Made by a program: the position numbers and the translations under genes. Source: Candidatus Omnitrophota bacterium (lineage in GTDB: Bacteria; Omnitrophota; Gorgyraeia; Gorgyraeales; Gorgyraeaceae). From it: a stretch of DNA of 64,000 bases. Below, piece after piece: positions 48,720 to 58,972 of this stretch (position 1 is the stretch's first letter; each line of letters begins with the position of its first letter). The notes beneath the pieces are model-generated. The model did no database searches and was not told the DNA's origin. It saw only the letters and a list, made by a program, of their open reading frames with translations. The DNA is taken from the NCBI GenBank assembly GCA_026387235.1, contig JAPLMD010000054.1, positions 11,437 to 75,436 on the forward strand, in the 5' to 3' direction.

Positions 48720-49670
48720 TTAATGACCAGGCATGAACGGATTCTTACCCCTGGTATCTTTAGGAAGATTATACATCTTTGATTTTATTATTATTCTATC
48801 GTCTTTAGTGATTCCGGAAAGCACTTCTACATTCTTATCATCAGAAATGCCTAGTTTAACAGCTGCCCTGACCAACTCCCCATTATACCCCTGTTTAACC
48901 AGTACATAATTTCCTTCTTTTTCTTTATACACAGCTTCCACGGGAACAAGCAAGGTATTTTCTTTACTCTGGTCTATGAAATCTATGGACGCATTCATGC
49001 CTGAGCGGAAAAATTTAGGCATATCTTCAGGCGCGAGATCTACTTTATAAACAGTGACGTTGTTGACAGTTTCGGATTCATAATAGATATGCTCTACACT
49101 GGCTTCGATCTTAGTATCCGGATAAGCGTCGATAGTAATGAACGCCTTTTTATCAAGCGCAACCTTACCTATATCTGTTTCATCAACCTGAGCTCTTACA
49201 ATCAAACGATCGGACAATACCACCACAGGATCGCTTGTGGTAACTGTCTGGCCGGGCTGGGTAGTGGCTACTATGACCTCGCTATCAATAGGCGCTATTA
49301 ACGGTATAGCCTTGTACGCATTTTCCCAGTAATTTACAGCCTGCTCCCCTTTACCTCTTGCAGCGTCCAGTAAAGCTGCCCTTTCTGTTGAGCTCATCCA
49401 TGCCAGTATATCGCCTGTTTTTACCCCATCTCCTTCTTTCACGAGAATACGTTCTATCCTGCCGTTGACAGGCGGCTTTATCTCTAGTCTATTTTTCGGA
49501 AGGATTGTCCCGGTAGAGGATATAAATGTTCTTATAGAGCCCATGGCAGGGTTTATTTCTTTTACGACTTCGTTGGTTGTTTTTTGCTGCTTCATCCCGG
49601 CTATATAAAATACCGAACCTGCCAGAATAATAAGTATCACTAAAAATATTCCTATCTTTTTAGTCTTCAT
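48720..49670 (-). CDS. macA: Periplasmic adaptor (HlyD/MacA-family membrane fusion protein)
   Basis: N-terminal anchor, then biotinyl/lipoyl-like half-motifs and beta-barrel region. Confidence 0.75.
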   Translation of the reverse strand: MKTKKIGIFLVILIILAGSVFYIAGMKQQKTTNEVVKEINPAMGSIRTFISSTGTILPKNRLEIKPPVNGRIERILVKEGDGVKTGDILAWMSSTERAALLDAARGKGEQAVNYWENAYKAIPLIAPIDSEVIVATTQPGQTVTTSDPVVVLSDRLIVRAQVDETDIGKVALDKKAFITIDAYPDTKIEASVEHIYYESETVNNVTVYKVDLAPEDMPKFFRSGMNASIDFIDQSKENTLLVPVEAVYKEKEGNYVLVKQGYNGELVRAAVKLGISDDKNVEVLSGITKDDRIIIKSKMYNLPKDTRGKNPFMPGH

Positions 49671-50928
49671 ATTCTAATGTCTCTCCTTTCGCTTCAATCC
49701 AGCCTGCCTCAACCTGCAATGCATTTGCCTCAGCGTCAATAAAGGTCTTTTTCGCCTTCACGAGACTGTCTTCTATGATAGTCCAACTGTCAAACTGGAT
49801 CAATCCCAATGAATACTGGCCTTCCGCGATTCTGGCGCGCTCTTCAGCCGCAACTAGAAACTTTTTCTGCACCTTTACGTTATCTATAGCGTCCAAAAAG
49901 CCTGTCCAGTTCTGCTCAAGCGCCAAGATAATGCTGTCTCTTTCGCTGCGCTCATCAGCCTGAGCCTGGTTATACGCCGCCTTTGCCTTTTTTATCTCGG
50001 CAAGCCTTAATCCGCCCTCAAATATAGGCAAGCTTAATCCAATGCCTATATCCCATTGATCCTGGTCCGGAGGTAAATCCGCGCCTGACATGCTTGTCCC
50101 GGCGCTAGCCGAGATCTTAGGATAAAAATCAGCTTCTTTGGATTTGATGCCGAAGAATGCCGAGTTTTTCTGCGCGGCTAATTTTTCAAGCGAAGGGTTA
50201 CCTTTTATCAAGGCATCGAAATCAGGCCTTTCCGGTTCAGGATCTATTGCTTCAAAACTTCCTTCCGCGCGGATATCAGAGAATTTGAACCTTCCCATTT
50301 CTTTCAAGAGCTCTCTCTGCCTGGCCTCCAGATTTCTTTTAGACTGGATGATCTCGAATTTTGCCTGAGTCAGATTTGCCTCGGCTGTCAATAGCGCGCC
50401 CTTATGTTCTATCCCGGCTTCATAGCGGAGCGTGATCAATATCAGGTTATCTCTCCTTATCCTGGCAATCTCCTCTGTAATGTTTAATAACTCCTGCGCC
50501 TTCAATAGACTTATAAAAGCTGACCGCAGGCGGTATCGTATTTCCGAAGAAACAAATCTGTAGCTATATTGAGCTGCCCTGATATTCTCCGACGCAGCCT
50601 TCAGGTCATTCGATGTCTTGGCGCCGTTGAATATAAGCTGGCTTCCGCTTACGCCGTAAGAATAGCTGTCTTTTTCCGTAGTAGTCTTTATCCTTGAATA
50701 ATCAGCGCTGGCGTCTATCTGCGGATATAGATCGCTTCTGGTTATAACCTTATCGGCTTCTTTTTGGTTTATATTTTCTTCGGCAGAGATAAGGTCAGGA
50801 TGATTTTTCTTCGCTTCTTTTATGCAATCGCCCCAGGTAAGTGCTTCTTCAGCTGACACATTGTGTGAAGAAAAGCATAAAACTAGTAATATAAAAACAG
50901 AAAATGTTTTAAATCTAATTATTTCCAT
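49660..50928 (-). CDS. TolC-family outer membrane factor
   Basis: Signal peptide; two-repeat helical pattern; first gene of the OMF-MFP-MacB operon. Confidence 0.75.
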   Translation of the reverse strand: MEIIRFKTFSVFILLVLCFSSHNVSAEEALTWGDCIKEAKKNHPDLISAEENINQKEADKVITRSDLYPQIDASADYSRIKTTTEKDSYSYGVSGSQLIFNGAKTSNDLKAASENIRAAQYSYRFVSSEIRYRLRSAFISLLKAQELLNITEEIARIRRDNLILITLRYEAGIEHKGALLTAEANLTQAKFEIIQSKRNLEARQRELLKEMGRFKFSDIRAEGSFEAIDPEPERPDFDALIKGNPSLEKLAAQKNSAFFGIKSKEADFYPKISASAGTSMSGADLPPDQDQWDIGIGLSLPIFEGGLRLAEIKKAKAAYNQAQADERSERDSIILALEQNWTGFLDAIDNVKVQKKFLVAAEERARIAEGQYSLGLIQFDSWTIIEDSLVKAKKTFIDAEANALQVEAGWIEAKGETLEYED

Positions 50929-50940
50929 TCGTAAACGCCT

Positions 50941-51159
50941 TCATTTCTTAAACCTGGCCAGCGCCTCGCTGGCCTGATCTAAAAAATGGCTGAATTCTTC
51001 TACAGGGATAAGGCCAATCATCTCGGATTTAGCAAAGACGATAAGCTTATCCCCGGGTTTAATACTGAAAGATTTTCTCACGTCCGCGGGAATTACAATT
51101 TGTCCTCTTTCGCCGACCGTAGCCGACCCGTAAATTTTATTTTTAGATAAGCTGTTCAT
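50941..51159 (-). CDS. AbrB/MazE/SpoVT-family DNA-binding protein (orphan antitoxin-like)
   Basis: Swapped-hairpin motif GSATVGERGQIVIPADVRKSFSIKPGDKLIVF; 72 aa; no adjacent toxin gene. Confidence 0.65.
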   Translation of the reverse strand: MNSLSKNKIYGSATVGERGQIVIPADVRKSFSIKPGDKLIVFAKSEMIGLIPVEEFSHFLDQASEALARFKK

Positions 51160-51188
51160 ATTCTCTCCTTTTGGTTCAAAATACCTGT

Positions 51189-51228
51189 GTATGAAAAGTA
51201 TGATTTACATATTTTATATGAAAAGTAT
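51189..51228. promoter_or_regulatory. Direct repeat TATGAAAAGTATG x2 (51189-51201 and 51216-51228) upstream of the AbrB-like gene, candidate operator
   Basis: Exact 13-bp direct repeat, 27 bp centre to centre, 30-70 bp upstream of the start codon. Confidence 0.4.
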
Positions 51229-51352
51229 GCCATATGAGGCAAAAAAAGTCAAACAAATTCGAAGAATTTGCTTGATCCTGAGGCTACGACAAAAAAGGAG
51301 TAGCCGAAGGATCTGAAGATGATATAATTTCTATAGTATCTGGGAAACTAAA

Positions 51353-52507
51353 CTATAAAGAAGATATATCTGTAAGAAATTTTGCTTTAAGCATTCCTTC
51401 ATCCCATTCCCCCTGCGGAGTGGAATCCCAAACAATGCCGCCTCCTATTCCTATTTCCCCTGAGCCACTACTGATTAAAAGCGTGCGGATAGGAATGTTA
51501 AAAAACATATCTTTATCAGGGGTGATATATCCGATAGCGCCCGTATAGATCTTCCGCTCTTCTTTCTCAAGTTTTCTTATAATCTCCATAGCGCGCATCT
51601 TCGGGGCCCCTGTAACAGAACCGGATGGAAAAAGCGAAGCGAATAGTCCGTAAAGAGCTATGTCCTTATCTACACGGCCCGTTACAGTAGAAGTCATCTG
51701 GCAAAGCGTCGCGTATTTAGCCACTTCGAAAAGTTTAGGCGCTCTGATATTCATCCCTACTCTCCCAAGGTCATTTCTGAGAAGGTCAGCTATCATCACG
51801 TTCTCAGCCCTGTTTTTCTTATCATATTTTAAGCAGAATGGGGCTATCAAATCAGATATCATATTATTACCTCTAGGCCACGTTCCTTTCATTGGCTTAG
51901 TAACTACATGGCCGGATGTTTTCTTGATGAACATTTCAGGTGAAAGAGAAAGTATATTGAACTCATCTGTCTCAATGTATGCCGGATAAGGAACAGGCTG
52001 CTCTCTTAGCAGTTTAACATAAAAAGACAGCGGGTCGCCCTTGAAATTAAACAACAATTTGATGCAATATGTAATCTGATACACATCTCCTCTTGCAATA
52101 TAATCACGTATAGCGTGAATATTAGAAGAATAGTCCTTATACGAAATATTTAATCTAAGTTCTTTTAAGCTATTTTGAAAAGGCGGGTTTTTGATGCTAA
52201 TCTTATCGCGTAAGGGAGTTTTGTATACCCCCATATAAATAAGCGGAAAACTGTATGTTTTATCTTCCAGCAATCTTTCTTCAAAACAATATCCAGCTTC
52301 GTATGAAAAGAAACCTGCCGCATAATATCCACGCTTGAGCGCAGATTCGATATCCCTGAAACAAGCTGTAAACGATGAAGGATTATTGCAGGATATGATA
52401 AATTCCGGATCTTGGAATAAAATCGGCTTTTTTTCGAATTGGATTAATACTTTCATAACCTTACGGAAGGTCTGGGTGCCCTGCGTAAAAGCATGGCTGA
52501 AGGTCAT
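51353..52507 (-). CDS. pabB: Chorismate-binding enzyme (aminodeoxychorismate synthase component I / anthranilate synthase-like), short form
   Basis: Conserved C-terminal chorismate-binding motifs (GAPKMRAMEII, GAIGYI, GGGIVWDS). Confidence 0.7.
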   Translation of the reverse strand: MTFSHAFTQGTQTFRKVMKVLIQFEKKPILFQDPEFIISCNNPSSFTACFRDIESALKRGYYAAGFFSYEAGYCFEERLLEDKTYSFPLIYMGVYKTPLRDKISIKNPPFQNSLKELRLNISYKDYSSNIHAIRDYIARGDVYQITYCIKLLFNFKGDPLSFYVKLLREQPVPYPAYIETDEFNILSLSPEMFIKKTSGHVVTKPMKGTWPRGNNMISDLIAPFCLKYDKKNRAENVMIADLLRNDLGRVGMNIRAPKLFEVAKYATLCQMTSTVTGRVDKDIALYGLFASLFPSGSVTGAPKMRAMEIIRKLEKEERKIYTGAIGYITPDKDMFFNIPIRTLLISSGSGEIGIGGGIVWDSTPQGEWDEGMLKAKFLTDISSL

Positions 52508-52526
52508 GACCGTGTTAGGATTTTGC

Positions 52527-53423
52527 TTAATCCTGCTTCAGAAATAGCTCTATCATCTTTAGATATTTCTCGCTTGTCTGAGTTACTATCTCTTGAGGAA
52601 GTTCCGGAGCCGGAGGCGTCTTATCCCAATCTAAAGTCTCCAAATAATCCCGCACAAACTGCTTGTCAAAACTCATCTGAGAACCTCCCGGCCTGTATCC
52701 ATCCATTGGCCAGAAACGCGAAGAATCCGGAGTGAGGATCTCATCTATAAGGATAATCTTGTTTCCGCTTAAACCAAACTCAAATTTAGTATCCGCAATG
52801 ATTACGCCATGACCTTCCGCAAAATTACTCGCTTTTTTATAAATCGCCAGGCTTAATTTTTTTAGTTTCTCTGTTATATCCATTCCCAATTCCTTTGCGA
52901 CATATTCTTGCGTTACATTAATATCATGGCCCATGTCTTCTTTGGTAGAAGGAGTAAAAATCGGTTCCGGCAGCTTGTCTGATTCTCTGAGCCCGACCGG
53001 CAATTTTATACCGCAGATAGTCTGGCTTTTTTGATATTCTTTCCATCCGGAACCGGACAAATACCCTCTTACGATACATTCCACAGGAATGGATTTGGCT
53101 TTTTTAACCAGCATAGAACGATTTTTAAGAACATCCTTATATTTCAATAGCTGTTGCGGATACTCATTCACATCAGCTGAAATTAAATGATTCGGCACAA
53201 TGTCTTTTGTAAGCTCAAACCAAAATAGGCTGAGCTTTGTCAAAACCTCTCCTTTATGAGGTATGCAGGTTGGCAAAACCACGTCAAAACAGGATATCCT
53301 GTCTGTTGAGACAATTAAAAGCTTGTCCTTTAGATCATAAACATCCCTCACCTTGCCTCTTTTAAAAAAATCAATATCTTTAAAATCTGTAAGGCGTAAC
53401 GGCTCCTGTTTCATATCGAACAC
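52527..53423 (-). CDS. purC: Phosphoribosylaminoimidazole-succinocarboxamide synthase (long form)
   Basis: GKVRDVYDL ... IADTKFEFG SAICAR synthetase motifs. Confidence 0.85.
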   Translation of the reverse strand: MFDMKQEPLRLTDFKDIDFFKRGKVRDVYDLKDKLLIVSTDRISCFDVVLPTCIPHKGEVLTKLSLFWFELTKDIVPNHLISADVNEYPQQLLKYKDVLKNRSMLVKKAKSIPVECIVRGYLSGSGWKEYQKSQTICGIKLPVGLRESDKLPEPIFTPSTKEDMGHDINVTQEYVAKELGMDITEKLKKLSLAIYKKASNFAEGHGVIIADTKFEFGLSGNKIILIDEILTPDSSRFWPMDGYRPGGSQMSFDKQFVRDYLETLDWDKTPPAPELPQEIVTQTSEKYLKMIELFLKQD

Positions 53424-55183
53424 CTTTTCGATAAAGTCTTATATTCCTGCCATATTTCAGCAGGCGTATGTTTGCCGAATTGGTTAAAGAATTTTTCCAT
53501 GTCTTTGAATTCTGCCTGCCACTCAGAATTATTGATCTCGAACAGCTTCTTTAACTTGTCTTCCGGGATATTCAATCCTTCGACATTCAGGTCTTCTAGG
53601 TCAGGTATCAAGCCAAGGGGCGTTTCTTTAGCGCTCACGCGGTTATTCACGCGTTCAATAATCCATTTTAAAACGCGGATATTTTCTCCGAATCCCGGCC
53701 AGATAAATTTACCGTTGTCATCCGTTCTGAACCAGTTAACAGAGTATATCTTAGGAGGATGGCTTAATTTCTTGCCTATATTAAGCCAATGCTTGAAATA
53801 ATCGCCCATGTTATAACCGCAAAACGGCAGCATGGCCATCGGGTCTCTTCTTAATACGCCTTCCTTATGCGTAGCAGCGGCTGTGGTTTCTGAGCCGGTC
53901 CTTGCTCCCAGAAAAACTCCGTGCTGCCAATTAAATGCTTCAATGACCAAAGGGATAAGCTTGGTCCTGCGTCCGCCCAGTATTATAGCTGAAATAGGCA
54001 CGCCCTTAGGATTATCAAATTCTTTTGAAAGCGTGGGCGAATTATATATAGATACGGTAAACCGCGAATTTGGGTGCGCGGCCTTGGTGTCTTTCGCGCT
54101 ATTCCAGGGCTTACCCTGCCAATCCAGCAGATTCTTAGGCGTAGAGCCGTCTAATCCCTCCCACCACGGTTCATTTTTATCCGTGTCCAAAGCAGTGTTT
54201 GTAAAAAGCGTGGGGTAGAATTTATCGGCTTTTAAAGTTCTCAGCATGTTGGGATTTGTTTTCATGGATGTACTCGGGGCTACGCCGAAAAGACCTGCCT
54301 CAGGATTAATGGCGTACAGCCTTCCGTCAGGCCCGACATTTAACCAGGCGATATCATCGCCTAAAGTCCAAACCTTATAGCCCGGCAGGGCGGATTCAAG
54401 CATGGCTAAATTTGTCTTTCCGCAGGCAGAAGGCATGGCTGCTGTAACATACGTTATGTTCCCTTTCGGATCCTCAATGCCAAGTATTACCATGTGCTCT
54501 GCAAGCCAGCCCTCCTGATAGCCTAGCCAGGAAGCGATCCTTAGAGAAAAACATTTCTTGCCCAAAAGCGCGTTGCCGCCATAACCTGAGCCTATACTCC
54601 ATACAAAATGCTCATCCGGAAAATGCATGATAAAACGCTTGTCGGGATCAAAATCTCCTACTGAATGCAGGCCTTTCACAAAATCGTTGCGGTCCCCGAT
54701 TTTTTCAATCACGTTCTTACCCATGCGAGTCATTATTCTCATGCTTATAGCTACATAAGAAACATCTGTAAGCTGGATGCAGGCCTTAGCGTAAGGAGAA
54801 TCAGGATGCCCCATCATGTAAGGAAGAACGTACATCGTCTTTCCTTCCATGCAGCCGTCTGATAATTTGGTCATAAGGCTTTTTGCATCTTCCGGGGCCA
54901 TCCAATTGTTATTTGGGCCTGCGATTTCTTTATCCGGATGGCAGACGTATGTCAAGTGCTCGGTACGAGCGACATCCGTAGGATGGCTCCTGTGAAAATA
55001 GGCATTCGGCCAATTATTTTGATTAAGCTCTTGAAAGACAGGATTCCCCGCTATCTTTTCTTCTTTCATACCTACTTCTATAAGTCTATGCGCTTCGGCT
55101 TCTGAACCATCGCACCAGTAAATCTTATCCGGTTTGGTAAGCCTCGCTTGTTCCTCAACCCATCTTTCAATCGGCGTTGCCAT
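53411..55183 (-). CDS. pckG: Phosphoenolpyruvate carboxykinase (GTP)
   Basis: 590 aa; GTP-type PEPCK motifs (kinase-1a SACGKTN, WLNVGPDGRLYAINPEAG). Confidence 0.9.
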   Translation of the reverse strand: MATPIERWVEEQARLTKPDKIYWCDGSEAEAHRLIEVGMKEEKIAGNPVFQELNQNNWPNAYFHRSHPTDVARTEHLTYVCHPDKEIAGPNNNWMAPEDAKSLMTKLSDGCMEGKTMYVLPYMMGHPDSPYAKACIQLTDVSYVAISMRIMTRMGKNVIEKIGDRNDFVKGLHSVGDFDPDKRFIMHFPDEHFVWSIGSGYGGNALLGKKCFSLRIASWLGYQEGWLAEHMVILGIEDPKGNITYVTAAMPSACGKTNLAMLESALPGYKVWTLGDDIAWLNVGPDGRLYAINPEAGLFGVAPSTSMKTNPNMLRTLKADKFYPTLFTNTALDTDKNEPWWEGLDGSTPKNLLDWQGKPWNSAKDTKAAHPNSRFTVSIYNSPTLSKEFDNPKGVPISAIILGGRRTKLIPLVIEAFNWQHGVFLGARTGSETTAAATHKEGVLRRDPMAMLPFCGYNMGDYFKHWLNIGKKLSHPPKIYSVNWFRTDDNGKFIWPGFGENIRVLKWIIERVNNRVSAKETPLGLIPDLEDLNVEGLNIPEDKLKKLFEINNSEWQAEFKDMEKFFNQFGKHTPAEIWQEYKTLSKRCSI

Positions 55184-55320
55184 AATCCACTCCCTTTTTA
55201 ATAATATTCATAGCAAATAACATTCGAAATATCTTTTCTTTACCGACTGTAATATTATACACATTAATGCCTCGGATTCAACAACTCTTTAATAAACAGG
55301 TATAATATTTTAAAGATTGC

Positions 55321-56001
55321 TTGAAAAACTCATTAATCCTGATAAAATACTTCCTATCTATGCGACCGGAGAAGATAAAAATGCTGCCAATACAAAATAT
55401 TTTTCAAATCCCAAAACGTTTTTTTATGTCCCTCTATGCATGGACAATGCACTGGGCAAAAACGCCGCAGGCGCCTTTCGCCCTTTTTGGAATCGCCTTT
55501 ATTGAAAGCTCTTTTTTCCCTATCCCGCCGGATGTGCTTCTTATCGCAATGGTAGTGGCTACGCGAAAAAAATGGCTGCGTAATGCAACAATCTGCACAA
55601 TTGGTTCGGTAGCCGGCGCGCTCTTTGGTTACTTTATCGGATGGGGCCTGTATAAAACTATCGGAAAGGTAATCGTAAACACGTACCATCTTCAGCCCAC
55701 GATGGATCTAGTAGGCCGTAAATATGCAGAGAATGCTTTCTTGACCATATTTACTGCGGCCTTTACCCCCATACCCTACAAAGTAATCACTATCGCAGCA
55801 GGGCTATTCCATATTTCAATACTGACACTCGTTGTTGCTTCAATTATCGGCCGCGCAGGCCGCTTCTTTCTCGTCGCCGGAGCGTTAAGAATTTTTGGAG
55901 ATAAAATAGAAAAAAGCATCGAGAAATATTTCGATCTTTTTTCGATTATTTTTATCGTGCTTCTGGCTTGCGGATTCCTCGCGCTGAAGTACTTTAAGTA
56001 A
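55321..56001 (+). CDS. DedA/YqaA (VTT-domain) family membrane protein
   Basis: FFPIPPDVLLIAM motif, four to five TM helices. Confidence 0.65.
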   Translation: MKNSLILIKYFLSMRPEKIKMLPIQNIFQIPKRFFMSLYAWTMHWAKTPQAPFALFGIAFIESSFFPIPPDVLLIAMVVATRKKWLRNATICTIGSVAGALFGYFIGWGLYKTIGKVIVNTYHLQPTMDLVGRKYAENAFLTIFTAAFTPIPYKVITIAAGLFHISILTLVVASIIGRAGRFFLVAGALRIFGDKIEKSIEKYFDLFSIIFIVLLACGFLALKYFK

Positions 56002-56024
56002 ATATCAGATGCGATACCCAAAGA

Positions 56025-56681
56025 CTATTTTCCACTTGATTTCGCAAGGCAGCGCCCTGCATAAAACGTACATATGCCAATGAATAAAAGAATGCTCCAA
56101 GCGTATGCTATACTTATTCGGCTGGATAAAACTTTATAAACTCCGCTTAGGCCAAACAACACAAACACAATCGCAGAAACCCATTTAATTATTTTTTCCG
56201 GAATACGCTTACGCATCACAATACCGATGATTATTCCTATTGTATCCGCTACTACCATGCCGAGGGTTGTGCCTATCAGCACGTTAATCATGCTTTGATA
56301 TTTAACCGCAAGACTTATTGTAGCGAGCTGCGTTTTATCTCCCATTTCAGCGAGAAAGAACGCAATGCCGACAGTAACTATTGGACCGAATCTGGATTCT
56401 TTTTTATCTTCACCTTCAAGCTTATCGCCGCGGATAGTCCACAAACCAAAAATAATAAAAGAAAGCGCCGCGACAAAGGAAATAATATCTATAGGTATGA
56501 TTGTAGTCAAGAAACGCCCCGCCGCTACGGCAAGGCCGTGGTTGATAAGCGTTGCAAGAAAAACTGCAAGCAGCACCTTGTATGCGCTATACCTAGTCGC
56601 AAAAGCCATAGCCAAGAGCTGGGTTTTATCTCCCATCTCTGCCAGAACTACGAACATAAAAGATGCTATAAAGGCTGTCAT
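56025..56681 (-). CDS. UPF0016/GDT1 (TMEM165) family cation transporter
   Basis: Two copies of the E-x-G-D-K-T motif (EMGDKTQL at each half). Confidence 0.8.
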   Translation of the reverse strand: MTAFIASFMFVVLAEMGDKTQLLAMAFATRYSAYKVLLAVFLATLINHGLAVAAGRFLTTIIPIDIISFVAALSFIIFGLWTIRGDKLEGEDKKESRFGPIVTVGIAFFLAEMGDKTQLATISLAVKYQSMINVLIGTTLGMVVADTIGIIIGIVMRKRIPEKIIKWVSAIVFVLFGLSGVYKVLSSRISIAYAWSILLFIGICTFYAGRCLAKSSGK

Positions 56682-56694
56682 GTAGCTCCTTTTA

Positions 56695-57072
56695 TTATTT
56701 TACCTGCTTTTCAGCTATGTCGCCTGCAATGGGAAGCTTGAACATCTCTCCCTGATAGGCCTTTATCATTAGGATTACCCAAAGTATAAAACTTATTATA
56801 TACAAAAGCCCTGTTATAAAAGAAAGTACAGGTATCATAAATCCTAATCTCATCATGGCAAACATACCAATAAGCATGCCTGCGCCTATCTGCAATACAA
56901 ATAAAGCTCCGAAAACTATCATTGACTGCATTGCGTGGAATTTTACAAATTTGTTGTCCTTCTCCAGCAGAAAAAAGATCAGCCCTGTCAGCCAGCCCAA
57001 CACGTAACTCAACAGCGCAGCCACATTAGCCTGCATTCCCGTAGAAGTCTTACCTAAATCCTTTGTTTCCAT
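56695..57072 (-). CDS. Small membrane protein (DUF4870-like)
   Basis: 125 aa, three to four TM helices. Confidence 0.4.
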   Translation of the reverse strand: METKDLGKTSTGMQANVAALLSYVLGWLTGLIFFLLEKDNKFVKFHAMQSMIVFGALFVLQIGAGMLIGMFAMMRLGFMIPVLSFITGLLYIISFILWVILMIKAYQGEMFKLPIAGDIAEKQVK

Positions 57073-57110
57073 GCTTCCTCCTTTTTTTGTTAAGTTATTC
57101 TCTACCTAAC

Positions 57111-57363
57111 TTAATTTTTCTTGGGCGCAATAGTTAAATTCAGCGACTTTTTAGTCACTACGCCACTGGAATCAGTTACTGCAAGCTCAGCCTTATAGGT
57201 TCCCGGGCCGGCGTAAGTATGGTTAAAACTCGCAGAAGATACCTTCCCCTCTCCGGCTTCGCTCTTTCCGTCCCCGCCGAAAGCAAGCGTCCATCTCCCG
57301 ATGGGATAGCTGCCTTCTTCGGCCTTTGAGGGGAAACCTCTCTTTCTTATACTTGCTGTAGAA
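57111..57363 (-). pseudogene. PKD-domain gene fragment without a start codon
   Basis: An 83-codon open frame ends ...WTLAFGGDGKSEAGEGKVSSSASFNHTYAGPGTYKAELAVTDSSGVVTKKSLNLTIAPKKN*, a textbook PKD signature. There is no ATG or RBS, and it is out of frame with the thi4 stop immediately upstream. Confidence 0.55.
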
Positions 57364-58149
57364 TTAACCTCCTCTGGAAAGCTTCTTGATCAAATCTTTG
57401 GCAACCTTTTCGCCAGCAAGAAGCATTCCGCCAAATATCGGCCCCATCCGCGGACCACCGAAAACCGCATTTGCGCACATGCCACAGACATATAAACCGG
57501 AACAAACTTCCTTTGAATTTTTCACAATTGTTTCTTCTCCCAACTCCGCCCACATGGATTCCTCTCCCAAAGTTTTTCCGGTTCTAGTCTTAAGCCTTAT
57601 CCCAGACTTTCTTTCAACAATACGAGTTACTTCCGCCGGGTGGCCTGTCGCATCCACAACGACTTTAGCACGCATAGTAATTGGGTCAACGTGCAAGTTC
57701 GCCATTTCAACCGCAGTCCAGTTCAATACTAAACCCACCACTTTTTTACTCCGCACCATTACGTCCTCAACACTCATCAGGTTAAAAATTTTCAACCCTG
57801 CCTTTATTGCTTTAGAACAAATAGTTGATACTGACTCTACGGAATCCGCTAAATAATAACCGGGTTCATAGCGTCTGCTTTTAATGCCAAATTCCTCGAG
57901 AATGCCTTTAGCCTTATCCTGCACCACTATTTCATTAAACATGATCCCGCCACCCCACATGCCACCGCCAACCGAAAGCTTCCTTTCAAAGAGTACTACT
58001 TTTTTCCCTGCCTTAGCCAGATAATAACCACATACCATACCAGCAGGGCCTGCTCCAACGATAGCGACATCAACGTCAAGCGCATCAATTAACTTGCTGC
58101 TATATGATTCAATGATAGCCTTGGAAATTTTGATTTCATCTAACTGCAT
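57364..58149 (-). CDS. thi4: Thi4-family thiazole synthase (archaeal/eukaryote-type)
   Basis: [29 protein letters not shown] fold plus conserved Thi4 core; 261 aa; preceded by a TPP riboswitch. Confidence 0.8.
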   Translation of the reverse strand: MQLDEIKISKAIIESYSSKLIDALDVDVAIVGAGPAGMVCGYYLAKAGKKVVLFERKLSVGGGMWGGGIMFNEIVVQDKAKGILEEFGIKSRRYEPGYYLADSVESVSTICSKAIKAGLKIFNLMSVEDVMVRSKKVVGLVLNWTAVEMANLHVDPITMRAKVVVDATGHPAEVTRIVERKSGIRLKTRTGKTLGEESMWAELGEETIVKNSKEVCSGLYVCGMCANAVFGGPRMGPIFGGMLLAGEKVAKDLIKKLSRGG

Positions 58150-58199
58150 GGGCTTCTCCTTTCTTAATATTTATCCCCATACTTATTGATAAACTAATG

Positions 58200-58352
58200 A
58201 TAAAACAAAAAACCCTTATGCCAATTGCATAAGGGTTCTACACACTAACTTCCTTCCCTCCGCTGGCATTATCCAGATCAGGTTATTAGGGTAATTCGCT
58301 TTGCACCTGAAGGATGCGTGCGAAACTCTCAGGCCGTTATACGACCTCCCCC
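58200..58352 (-). promoter_or_regulatory. TPP (THI-box) riboswitch with intrinsic terminator
   Basis: Minus strand contains GGGGAG ... CTGAGAG ... ACCCTAATAACCTGATCTGGATAATGCCAGCGGAGGGAAGG (THI-box consensus), then hairpin AACCCTTATGC-aattg-GCATAAGGGTT, then TTTTTTGTTTT, then the RBS of thi4. Confidence 0.85.
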
Positions 58353-58823
58353 AATGTTATATTGTCTAAATTATACTAAAGAGCACTTAAGAAATCAAAC
58401 AAAATTTAAACTAAGTAGACAACCAGAAAGATTCTATTCAGAGAATTTCCTCTGGAGTTTCTATAAGCGAGGAAAGCGCTCTCTATATAAGAGAGGAATT
58501 GGCCAAATATTCGGATATTCTCGCTGATTTAGAGAGGCCTCCTACACAGAGAGCTGAAATGACTATTTTACCGACGGGAACAAACTGCTAACGCCCTAAC
58601 CATCGCAAACGTTAGGAGATAAAGCGCTCCGGCAATCGATATCCGTCGGGGCGTTGTCACAACTCATTGCAGCACAATGAGTTAGAAAGCTGGGGTCCCT
58701 CTCGTATGAGCCGAGGGGAAACCTCTCTGATTTACACAGGCTAATTATATACGCAATACTTCACTATATCAAGAATATTTTGGCTTTAGAGAGGGATTTT
58801 ATGGCGAATTACTGGCCTGGTGA

Positions 58824-58869
58824 CGGACAAAAGGGCTTGAAATTTGTCCGTTTTGTCCACTATTTTTTG
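58824..58869 (+). terminator. Candidate plus-strand intrinsic terminator in the ORF-free region
   Basis: cggacaaa-agggcttgaaa-tttgtccg (8-bp stem), then ttttgtccactattttttg. Confidence 0.3.
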
Positions 58870-58921
58870 TGTGGGAATGACATAACTATTTGAAAGGCAA
58901 AACGTTATTATTTGTCTTCTC

Positions 58922-58972
58922 TTAGAAGCAAATTTGTGGGTTATCGTCTACGATGAGAATTTTTTCGTTCAT
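58922..58972 (-). pseudogene. 16-codon receiver-domain stub (MNEKILIVDDNPQICF*) with RBS, remnant of a response-regulator gene
   Basis: aagggg RBS, 7-nt spacer, then ATG AAC GAA AAA ATT CTC ATC GTA GAC GAT AAC CCA CAA ATT TGC TTC TAA. This is a canonical REC N-terminus that stops after 16 codons. Downstream is 560 bp with no ORF. Confidence 0.4.
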
